A stretch of DNA of 64,000 nt, taken from contig NIVC01000532.1 in assembly GCA_002269645.1 (NCBI GenBank), forward strand, positions 248,001-312,000, written 5' to 3'. A program made the position numbers and the translations under genes. This document shows positions 1 through 10,316 of the stretch, one piece after another. Positions within the stretch are counted from its first letter, which is position 1, and each line of letters opens with the position of its first letter. The stretch comes from Macrostomum lignano. Lineage: Eukaryota. Below the pieces are notes generated by a model. The model ran no database searches and was not told the origin of the DNA. It saw only the letters and a program-made list of their open reading frames with translations.

Positions 1-977
1 TCCGGTAGTAATATGTTGACTCAGTGTTGGTGTTATAAACGCAGTAGTGTAGCTGATTGAGTATATTTCTTAGTCAACAAGCAACACAGTTAAGAGAGGA
101 TGAAGCCAGAGGGCGAAAGCGATTTGATCGCTATAGCAGTTTCAGACATTGACAAAGGCTATACAGCATCGTCCGAGAAAAATCTAGAATTGGGGAAACT
201 AAAGGCAGTCACTATAATTAGCATAGATACGAACTGCAATTTACAATTAATGGCTGGCACAAGCATGAATTCGCTCTATTTCTTCTGGGGTAGGGCGATG
301 CATAGACATCAGCAATCGGTAGCGTGCAACAAACGAAACGAAAATCAACAGGGAAAGTCGACGAATGCGTTGAATCGTCAGCAATCACTCTTCTTGAGAC
401 CGAAATAGTAGTAACGTAGGTATTCGTAGAGCTTCCACGAGTCCATAATGACGCAGTCGTCCTCCGTATGCTCCCATTAGAGAGGACTTGAAGTATCCAC
501 CGTGGCGCATCATCTGCTCTTGAGTCGTCTTTGGCAGAGACCTTAACTCCACGGCGTCCAAGTCAATTGTCGCATGTTCAACTGGAAGCTCCGGCAATGG
601 TCCATATCACCAGGTTTGGTCAGCCATTAGATAAAGTTGAAAAGCACCGCGTCATCCTGGTGGTCATCCTGGTCATCCTTGGCACTCAGTTCAGATATCA
701 GCTGGCTTAACTCACTACTTGTCACACTGTGAGATTGGCCCCAGTTGATGAGAGCCATGTTTAATAAGAATAGCTGAGACGTAGGAGAAGCTCTCGCATA
801 GATCTTATATCAAATCACCGCTTCTTGGAATGAATGGTTCCCATAGACTCAATGGTTTTGCTGGGTGCCACTGAGTGGCCTATCTTGTGTATATAAAATC
901 TATGCTCTACACTAAGGTCTCTCTCGTCTATCTGTCTTCCTAGCTAGCGCCTCCCTCCATCATCTTTAGGCCCCACC

Positions 978-2267
978 CACAGAACTTACACAGAATGCTC
1001 AGTCAGCTTTTTTTTAGAATAGAACTGAGTAGAAATAGATGCGCGCTCACACTACTTTGTCGATGAAGAGGAATGAGTAGCCATAGGTTTGTCTATGGCC
1101 AAAACCTCGGGGTTTCCGCGAGCGCCTATGAGGCGAAGGCTTAGTATGTTGCGAGAGTCAAAACAAAGTTACCCGTCTAGATAATACAAAATCTGTGCTT
1201 TGGACTGCGTGGCTTTGAGTATTAAGAGAGGAAGAAGAATTTTTGCTAAGCAAAATGCTGAGATGTGGCGGTCCACTGCCGCCAACTTATTAACATAATG
1301 CGGACTGCAGAGCTTTGCCTAAATGCCTCTCTTACTTTTATATCTATGGCCCAAATAGACGCTCAAATTGAGAAGCCAGGCCGAACTTGAGGCCTGGCAA
1401 GTGGACTTTCTTTACTCGCTCGCACAGCCTTAGGCGAGCCGCTACAGAGAAGCTAATTGCTTTATGCCATCTGCAAAATCACGGACACAGTGCGCAGCCT
1501 ACGGCTGCCCAAACTGCACTTTTGAATGTCCACCTGGAACACGATTCCACAGGTTTCCATCAGACCGTGATCGGTGAGTTGCAGATTGCGAAATGACCAA
1601 CTTCGTCATTCTTTCTGTAGAAGCCTTCGTACTTTTCGTACCTTTATCTACATTTAGCAACTGCGACTGATATAATTGAAATTACAGGTGTGAAGATTGG
1701 GCTCGACGGATATTCCGAGCTGACCTTATAGGCAAGAAGCTGTTCGAGCACAAATGGGCGAATGCTGTTGTATGCAGTCAGCACTTCGAGGACCACATGT
1801 ACATGTGTCCGAAAAATTGTCACGAGGTTCACAGTCGACTTGCTTGGAATGCAATTCCTACGCAAAAAGCTCTACAAGCAAGCCGTAACAAAGCAAATAC
1901 ATCGGCTGCCTCCAAAGCAGAGAACTGATTCTCCAGCATCTCTGCATCAAACTCGCGGAAGTGGTAAAGTGCAAAACGAGAATGAAGTTCCTTTTATGAG
2001 CATGCATACTTGTGTCATTTGAATAAAAAACGTACATTTAAACCGTTTAAAACATTATGATACATAGAAAGACATGATACACTGTACCTTGAGTTAGTGT
2101 CTTTTGTACTGAAAAGTCGACAATGGTATAGCAGTTTTATCTCAAATCACAGCTATAGTCTATGGCTACTCATTCCTCTTCATCGACAAAGTAGTGTGAG
2201 CGCGCATCTATTTATACTCAGTTCTATTCTAAAAAACGCTGACTGAGCATTCTGTGTAAGTTCTGTG
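978..2267 (+). mobile_element. Non-autonomous P-superfamily (P/Galileo-like) DNA transposon, 1290 bp
   Basis: Terminal inverted repeats of about 109 bp at 978-1086 and 2160-2267 (2 substitutions, 1 indel). Termini CACAG...CTGTG fit the CANRG consensus of P elements. Flanked by a near-perfect 8-bp duplication, GCCCCACC (970-977) / GTCCCACC (2268-2275). Contains a THAP gene. Confidence 0.85.
1464..1928 (+). CDS. Stand-alone THAP zinc-finger DNA-binding protein, 116 aa, 2 exons (missed by the ORF track)
   Basis: Exons 1464-1573 and 1688-1928 with a GT-AG intron in phase 2. Translation MPSAKSRTQCAAYGCPNCTFECPPGTRFHRFPSDRDR|CEDWARRIFRADL...VVCSQHFEDHMY...RLAWNAIPT...AEN* shows the C2CH ligands plus the conserved P, W, F and AVPT-like box. 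AATAAA at 2022. Confidence 0.88.
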
Positions 2268-2939
2268 GTCCCACCCTTGTCTATCAGTTTCGTCTGTGGC
2301 ACAACTTACCAGTGCCTCCAACTCCACTATCCCAACTCCCCCTTCACATCCTGCGTTTTCGTCTGCGACGTAATCTACGCACATTCACAGTGCTGAAATA
2401 ATGACAGCAGCCCGCAAGAGACAGCAGGCTAAGTGACTGCCAAATGTAAGAAGAAAACTGAAATAATGTCCATATGTGTCCGATATGCAATGAAATTTTT
2501 TTGTGTGTATCGTCGTTAGAAAATGGCCAAAACACGAGCGAGCGTACCTACACACTAAGCAATCGCCCATTAATTTTTAAACAGTCAGAGTTTCACTGAC
2601 ATGGATTATTTAATGCTGGCGAATCAAACGACTGGCTGCTAAAATAAAGCAGCTATCAATCTTGTAGTCCTGAGGCTTGTACGAAATCAAAATTTTCGCT
2701 TGTTTCAGCCCTCTGCACTCTGCAGCCTATCAAAATTGGACATCGAGCTGCTGGAAGCGGAGAAGCAGCTCCGTCTGCTGAAGCTACGCAAAGAAACGGC
2801 CTCGGTCACTCTGAAGCGATGGCACACAGGGATAAAGGTGCAGAGGCTTGCCAGCCGCTGCATTAACTGAGTGCAGATTCTGTTTTAACTTCCCTTATTT
2901 TATCGACTGATTTGCGGCTGGATGCATGAATAGATGAGT

Positions 2940-3890
2940 TGGAGCGCATTGACTTGCCGCCCAGGCGAGGAAGAAGTTCATTCTGGACGCTTTGCTGAAG
3001 GTTTACGATATCTAATTTGCAGCTGGCCTCGCCGAAGGCATTTGAGGTCAGTAACTACGAGTCGGTCCAAATGTACTCTGACGCGGTTGAGTCGCAGATT
3101 TTGAGAGAGCCTTACCGGGACGCTACCGCCAGTGCCCGGATGGGTGGCGGCCGCGGACGATCACCGCTTTGGGAGCCTTGCTGAAGGCGGATGTCATTTC
3201 TGGGAATTGAGTTCGACACTGTTCAAGCTGTCAAGAAGTTGCCCGATGATAAGGCGAGGAAGCTGATTCAGCTGGTTGAGGAGGAGTCGGTCAAGGTGAG
3301 ACTGAGTCAGCGGGAGCTCAAACAGCTCATTGGCAAGCTTGGGTGGGCGGCGCAAGTCATCACCAGGTCATCGAGCGGTGCAACGCCCTGCAGCGGGGTC
3401 AAATGACGTTGACGGATGTGGATGCTAAGTTGCGCAGCCAGCTGAACTGGTGGAAGATGGCCCTTCAGTCGTGTCGCTGGGTACAGCTGTGGACATGCTA
3501 TCGAGGAGTCATGACCATTGAGTCGGGTTCGTGTGGGAGAGGCGATGCTGCGCTGCTGCGCAGTCCCTCTGGTTGGTGGAACTGGTGCTACGTGGATTGG
3601 GTGAAGGATTCGGAAGCAGTTTTTACTGGCTTGCCGATCGATTACAAGGAGGCTTTCGCTCCTCTGCTGGCGGTGCTGAGGTGGAGAGAAGAGCTGAGAG
3701 GCTGCAAAGTGAGTATTTTCTGCGACAACCAGCCCGTGTGCCACATCATCAATAAACGCGTGTCGAGGTTCGCTGAGCTGCAACGGCTGCTGCAGACGGT
3801 CGCGCTGATGTGCGCTGCGGTGGAACATGAGCGTTTGTGCGTTTCACGTTCCGGGTGAATTTCAGATTTTTGCCGATGCCACCATGAGCG
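2940..3890 (+). mobile_element. Degenerate DIRS/Ngaro-type tyrosine-recombinase retrotransposon fragment (RT and RNase H remnants)
   Basis: Frameshifted segments: GFTI...NYESVQMYSDAVESQILRE..GR (RT N-terminal region); FLGIEFDT...LPDDK...LKQLIGKLGWAAQV (RT C-terminal region); YKEAFAPLLAVLRW...VSIFCDNQPVCHIINK and HVPGEFQIFADA (RNase H). The RT YxDD core was not found. Confidence 0.75.
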
Positions 3891-4930
3891 CAGTCAGTTG
3901 CTTAAATTTAATTCGCTGCTACAATTTCGTTTGGCCATATGTTTTAAATTCACTGTATCGATAGGCTTTTGTCTCGGCCGAAAGCGGCTGGTGTCACCAG
4001 TTATGCTGGTTGAGATTCGGCGACGAGTGGACGAAGCTGATGGTCAGCAGCTCATGAAACTTCATCCAAGGTTCATGAAACTTGCACTGTTCTATCAGAA
4101 ATTTTTCGGTGACTGTACAGTGGCAAAAAACCTGCTCAATGCCAAAAGGATTAAGTACCAGGGTACTTGAAAGCATAACTTTTGCAATGCTAAAATAGAA
4201 TTTTCGACTATGATTTTCAAAGCAAAAAACCTGAAAGACTGAATTCTGATTTTGATAAAATTGTTTCTGTGTTCAATGTAGTGCATGCGCCCTTGTCTGT
4301 TTGGGGCTGGCTGGGTTGGCGGGCGTGGCAGGGTCTGGCCGGCGACCGGGCTTTGCGCGTGCCCCTCCCCAGCCATGCGTCCTGCCCCGTGCTCAGGGCT
4401 GGTTGGCTGCGGCCGGGCCGGCTTTGACGCGGGTGCGCCCCCCCCCCCAGGCGGGATTTTGATTGGCTGGCCAGTGCGTCCAGTCTATTTATCCTTTCGT
4501 GCTCTATTTTGCTCGGCTCAGCCTGTGGGGCCGTCTGCCCCCCCCCCCAGGTCTGTGGTGGTATTTATTAACCCCCCCCTCACTTCGTACTGCGACATTG
4601 AGAAAAGAATTGTTTTTCTTCTAATAAGAAATTTAGTTAAAACAAATTTTCAAGTTGTACGACACCACAAATAAATCGACAACGACCCAAAAGGGCAAGC
4701 AGAGCAAGCCAAAAGCCAGCTTAAACGCGCATCTGATAACCCGGCCACTGGTAAGCCGCCTGCTTGAGTTCAGTCTTTTCTGGGAAGCTTGTTAGGCTGC
4801 AGGGAGTTTTGGCCAGAGCGTCATAACGCTATAACGAGCAATTTCGTACCCAGAGCGTCATAACGCCTGTCAGTAGCAGTATCACCATTGGCAGAGCGTC
4901 ACAACGCCACAGCGTCACAACGTCACAGCG

Positions 4931-5552
4931 TCACAAACTGTTCAGCCAGTTAACTATTGTCGCGCGAAGCCCATGAGTGTTGAATATTTTAGTATAAGTG
5001 ATGAATACCAAAAACTCGAAAATACAATCTTCGATGACATGGCAGAGACGAGCACTGAAAGATGGAGTTATTGCATTTCTCCTTCCTTTAGCTTGGGCTT
5101 TTTCTAGAATTTTATCCATATCAAAGGCATAGACAAAGCGGATTCCATTTGGCAACAATAGAGCTTTATTCACCGGAAACTTTCCAATGCATTTTGTTTT
5201 TATCAAAACGGAAGCCATTAAATCGTCTTCTGGATAAAGCAAAACTTCAGCATCATTTTTCTTCCTTGACGTGTTGACTGATTAGAGGAAGAGCTTTTTA
5301 AAAAACTTTTTTCCTACCATTAAAGAGGTGGCATCTACTGCTGCTTGCATTCATTTGCACGTGTGGCTGAGCTGGAAGCTGCAGACGCAGAGTTCAGGCC
5401 TTGACTGTCGCGAGCTCGAAGAACAGCTTTTTAGTTGCTAGGGTATTCTTACCTGACGCTACCGATAAAAATCCGTGTGCGAGGCTGTCCATCTGTGAGC
5501 AGTCCGATTGTTTTTGGCGATATTTCGACTTGATGAAGATTTTAAGACGCTG
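4931..5552 (-). pseudogene. Candidate spliced gene fragment of unknown function (exons 5552-5453 and 5277-4931)
   Basis: Acceptor ctaac..cttcag at 5553, donor G|gtaaga at 5452 and acceptor ctaatcag at 5278 join in frame (phase 1) to the 4931-5242 ORF. No intact upstream start exon was found. Confidence 0.35.
4939..5362. repeat. 424-bp dispersed duplication, copy 1
   Basis: Nearly identical (about 99%, a handful of substitutions) to 8670-9093, same orientation. Confidence 0.95.
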
Positions 5553-5850
5553 CTGAAGTTGTTAGAAGCTGAATGTTATCCTTAAAAATGGGCTGTGCTG
5601 TTGAGCTTAGAGTTATTATTCTTTTTTGTAACCGTTGCAGAATATTTTTCAAATGTCTCTAGTTGGCAAAAGGCCTGAAGCGCTGCTACAAATCTATGAA
5701 ATTTTTCCGACTATCATGATAGAATCAATGCATGGTAACTATGACTTTTTGTCCTTTTCTTTGCTCCAATTTACTTTTCAATAAAACAGCAAGTTCGATC
5801 CGTACTCATATTTTTAAGCAGAACTGTTCTTTAGCAAGTACTGAGAGGGA

Positions 5851-6378
5851 GACCAGTCTCCCAGCTGACATTTCACAACTGACCAATCACTCAGCTGACC
5901 AGTCACTCAGATGACCAGTCTCCCAGCTGACCAGTCTCCCAGCTGACCAGTCTCCCAGCTGACCAGTCTCCCAGCTGACCAGTCTCCCAGCTGACCAGTC
6001 TCCCAGCTGACATTTCACAACTGACCAATCACTCAGCTGACCAGTCACTCAGCTGACCAGTCTGCCAGCTGACCAGTCTCCCAGCTGACCAGTCTCCCAG
6101 CTGACCAGTCACTCAGCTGGCCAGTCTCCCAGCTGACCAGTCTCCCAGCTGGCCAGTCTCCCAGCTGACCAGTCTCCCAGCTGACCAGTCTCCCAGCTGA
6201 CCAGTCTCCCAGCTGACCAGTCACTCAGCTGACCAGTCACTCAGCTGACCAGTCTGCCAGCTGACCAGTCTCCCAGCTGACCAGTCTCCCAGCTGACCAG
6301 TCACTCAGCTGGCCAGTCTCCCAGCTGACCAGTCTCCCAGCTGGCCAGTCTCCCAGCTGACCAGTCTCTCAGCTGACC
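5851..6378 (+). repeat. 16-bp minisatellite (AGCTGACCAGTCTCCC), heterogeneous
   Basis: Direct tandem periodicity with variant units. Confidence 0.95.
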
Positions 6379-6790
6379 AAACTGACCGAAAATTGGGAGG
6401 GGAGTGGGCTGAGCGTTGGTTGGAGTGAGGCTTAGGCAACAAAACCTCGGCTTGACCCACCGGTAAAACAATAATAAGGAAGAGAGAAAGGATGAACATA
6501 AACTAACACAACACCAGTTTAGTGAACTGTGAAACTCTTGTTCTATGCCATCACGACAGCCCCTTAGCCGTCAAGTCCGTCCTGCGGTTTAGAAATTCTG
6601 AGGTTCAGTTCCGTACGTAGTGAGTTCAATGCTTTTCTGTAGTGTCACGTGAATCTGTTCCACTATTGCTAGAAAATATTGACTTACAACACTCAATAAA
6701 ATAATAAATTCAACGTATTCCGAGTTCCATCGTTTGTCGTTACCAAAAAATAAGTAAGTTTCATACCCGGCAAATGACATCAGCATAAAA

Positions 6791-6999
6791 AAGTCTCCAA
6801 ATTTCATCAGCACGTCGACCCCCATGCGTTTGCATCAGTTCTGACTTCGTTGGTCACTGGCTTTTACCCAGGCGGAGCTTCTGGACCTTCAACAGATGGA
6901 ACCAGGTGTGACTATGGACACCTATTGCAAATATGACCAATGAAGTCTGAGCTGATGACAACGCGTCTGGGTTGACGTACTGATGAAATTTGGAGGCTT
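6791..6999. repeat. Imperfect inverted repeat (66-bp arms, about 77-nt loop)
   Basis: 6791-6856 is the reverse complement of 6934-6999 at about 80% identity by eye. No TSD seen. Confidence 0.75.
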
Positions 7000-7611
7000 G
7001 ACAAGGCCACACTGAGGCGCAGTGCTGATTGGCGCACAGGGGTGTACTGAATACACTAGCACTTATGGGATAATGCGACTTTCTGGAAGAACCGTTAAAT
7101 TTCTCGATGGTCCGCATAGCTGGCGACTTGATTCTTGTTTGAGGAAGTGCGCAACAGAAAGTTGGTCCTTGTTCTTGAATTTTGTGGGCCTGCATTGCTC
7201 CATTTCGGCGCAGTAAAAAAGAATTGGTAGTTTGACGGGTGGAAAAATAGCTTCGTATTCTACTCGTAGAATCAGTTACGTATTGGTGACGTGCATCCTG
7301 TGATTTGCATTCGTTTGTCTCCTGCAAGGAACTGAAGAAATTCGTTTTCAATTGACGGCATCCCCTTCCCTAGTGTCTCAGCTCAGAAGTCGCTGGGGTT
7401 CAGACCGTGTCGAATTCTATGGACGTTTTGCTACCTCAGCCTCACTTGCTACAGTTTTGCTACCTCACTTACAGGATGTAAGTGATCCTCGACCGAACTC
7501 TATTAGACGATGGGGTTTCCAATAAAATTCAGGTTTAAACAAAAGCCCGATACGCTTTTAGGGATGTAACGTCTCCTGAAATTTTTAATCCCATCGTGAA
7601 TCCCATTGTGA

Positions 7612-8520
7612 TGCCTGCTCGTGAACACCACAGCCGCAGTCGGCTGGTGCCAGGCAGCTCGTCTGTGCCAGGCCGTCGGAGGTGAGCTGGCGATGGAGCC
7701 GGTCGCCATCCGGGCAGCTGCACCGTTCTCCACGGGCTCGGTGATTCTGTGGGTTGGTGTCACCGACTTTCTGGACGAGCAACTGACTAGCAGGTAAGGC
7801 AATAAAAATCATTAAAATGTGGGAATCTCAACAAAGATCTAAAAACGTATGCTACTTTCCTCAAAATGCGTCAAAAAGCAAGCTGCCAAACTGCACAAGC
7901 AATTCAGTTTAGAAAGTCATTTTACCTTTCTTGCTGTGCAGTGAATGCTGAAGGACGCTACTTGAAGGAGCTTTCACTATAACGATCAGACCATTCAAAA
8001 AGCAACTAACTAAGATTCGCGAACTGATATAACGTTTTTTGAGGCTCGTGGTTCGAGTTTTTCATTTAACTTAAATTTCCACCTTCTCAGGAGCGGCTGG
8101 CGCATGGCCAATGGAACCGAATTTTTTGCTCCCAACTCTGACTGGCCATTTGGCTGCCCAAACAATAATGAGCACTCGGACGACATGCTGGCGCTATCGG
8201 ATGGTGCTTTGTGCGACTTTCGGGAATTTTTCCGAGTCGGCTTCGTCTGCCAGCCCGTGGCAACGCCGAACAGCGGAACCTTCCGTCGGACCAGCTTCCT
8301 GCAGCTGGGCGACATCACGCCCTACTACTGCTACACGGAGGTGCAGTCGGTGCAGCGCAGGCTGCTCTGCGTTCGCCAGTGCGCTGCCCGCTGGCAGTGT
8401 CGGGCGGCTCTGTTCAACCGGGCCGAGTCTCGCTGCCGCATGCTGGACTTCGCCGACGCGAGCGCGGGCGACGCCATCGAGAAGAGCGGCGCTTGGGAGA
8501 AGTTCGTCAAGGTCTACTGA
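7612..8520 (+). CDS. C-type lectin domain + PAN/apple domain protein; 5' end unresolved or disrupted
   Basis: Exon about 7612-7793 (CLLV...WCQAARLCQAVGGELA...WVGVTDFLDEQ) splices in phase 2 (gtaagg at 7794, cag at 8090) to exon 8091-8520 (GWRMANG...WPFGCPNN...LCD...GFVCQ, then CYTE...CVRQCAARWQCRAALFNRAESRCRML). In-frame TGA at 7609. Confidence 0.75.
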
Positions 8521-8669
8521 AGCTCGGAGACCTATTCCAGATCGGGCAGATTCTGAAGAGACTCTGAAACACTAACGCCTCACAAGGCCCTGTCATCGCT
8601 AACAAGAATAAGCGATTGCCCAAAAACCCTAGTCATTTGAGCGAGAGTCGGATTTTCCTAATCCCAAAA

Positions 8670-9093
8670 TGTTCAGCCAGTTAACTATTGTCGCGCGAAG
8701 GCCATGAGTGTTGAATATTTTAGTATAAGTGATGAATACCAAAAACTCGAAAATACAATCTTCGATGACATGGCAGAGACGAGCACTGAAAGATGGAGTT
8801 ATTGCATTTCTCCTTCCTATAGCTTGGGCTTTTTCTAGAATTTTATCCATATCAAAGGCATAGACAAAGCGGATTCCATTTGGCAACAATAGAGCTTTAT
8901 TCACCGGAAACTTTCCAATGCATTTTGCTTTTATCAAAACGGAAGCCATTAAATCGTCTTCTGGATAAAGCAAAACTTCAGCATCATTTTTCTTCCTTGA
9001 CGTGTTGACTGATTAGAGGAAGAGCTTTTTAGAAAACTTTTTTCCTACCATTAAAGAGGTGGCATCTACTGCTGCTTGCATTCATTTGCACGT
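8670..9093. repeat. 424-bp dispersed duplication, copy 2
   Basis: Matches 4939-5362 and produces the duplicate ORF 8629-8973. Confidence 0.95.
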
Positions 9094-9162
9094 TAAGATT
9101 GACGATTTGAATATTTTTGTGTTGCGCTAATGCCTACGGTTCTATCGCATCTGTCCAGTATT

Positions 9163-9675
9163 TCAGGTGACAAGCATCTCAGGTGACCAGTATCTCAGGT
9201 GACCAGTATCTCAGGTGATCAGTATCTCAGGTGACCAGTATCTCAGGTGACCAGTATCTCAGGTGACCAGTATCTCAGGTGACCAGTATCTCAGGTGACC
9301 AGTATCTCAGGTGACCAGTATCTCAGGTGACCAGTATCTCAGGTGACCAGTATCTCAGGTGACCAGTATCTCAGGTGACCAGTATCTCAGGTGACCAGTA
9401 TCTCAGGTGACCAGTATCTCAGGTGACCAGTATCTCAGGTGACCAGTATCTCAGGTGACCAGTATCTCAGGTGACCAGTATCTCAGGTGACCAGTATCTC
9501 AGGTGACCAGTATCTCAGGTGACCAGTATCTCAGGTGACCAGTATCTCAGGTGACCAGTATCTCAGGTGACCAGTATCTCAGGTGACCAGTATCTCAGGT
9601 GACCAGTATCTCAGGTGACCAGTATCTCAGGTGACCAGTATCTCAGGTGACCAGTATCTCAGGTGACCAGTCTCA
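9163..9675 (+). repeat. 16-bp minisatellite (AGGTGACCAGTATCTC), about 32 almost perfect copies
   Basis: Direct tandem periodicity. Confidence 0.97.
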
Positions 9676-10316
9676 TGTGAGCAGAACTTACTGAGGAGTC
9701 TCTTGTCAAAAAAGTGAACATATATGTAACGATAAATAATTTCCAACTAAAGAATAAACTATAAACCATTGCAACCATCTTTTAGGCTTGTAAAAGGACA
9801 ATTTCGCCTGTTATAAGCCTGTCATAAAGACGGTTTAACTGTCCACAGTCTTCTGCTCAATTCACCTGCCCGAGTGTGCAGCAATGTCTCATTGTTTACA
9901 GTTTGGCCTGAGCGCTGAGTTCGTGTCTCTGCCAGCCAGCCTGTGCGCAGTTCGCTCCCTCCAATGAGTGTCAACACCTGACCCTGCCCACAGTCTCTCC
10001 TCTGATGATATGCGATTCATTTCTCTCTCCGTCGAGTCTGCTTCCATTTTACTCAAGCCCATGACAACGGACAGCGCCCATCTCTATCCTTTCGCAGTCG
10101 AATTCTGCCTGTTTCTCTCTAATTCGTCTCAAAACTTTTTTCATTCCTTCGTCTCCTGGCCTAATGGGCAGAATACAGCTGTTTTAAACGTGAAATGCCA
10201 GCTAAACGGCAACCCTGACGGGTTAAAAGAGTGCGAATTGCAAGGCCAGACAAAGCAGAAGAAGAAGAAGAAGCGATCTGTAGTAAAACAGAAATTCAGT
10301 ATCTACTGCTGAGGAC

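Noticed and set aside
100-597. ORFs 100-408 (+) and 385-597 (-)
   Set aside because: No recognisable motif and no consistent splice structure; likely chance or decayed sequence.
4939-9093. The 424-bp direct repeats as LTRs of a 4.1-kb retroelement (TG...CA present)
   Set aside because: No TSD, identity extends past the CA, no PBS/PPT or gag-pol, and the interior contains a host-type lectin gene.
9825-9834. TAAAGACGGT, resembling the start of a flatworm spliced-leader exon as I recall it
   Set aside because: Only 10 nt match, and no downstream ATG|GT donor or Sm site follows.
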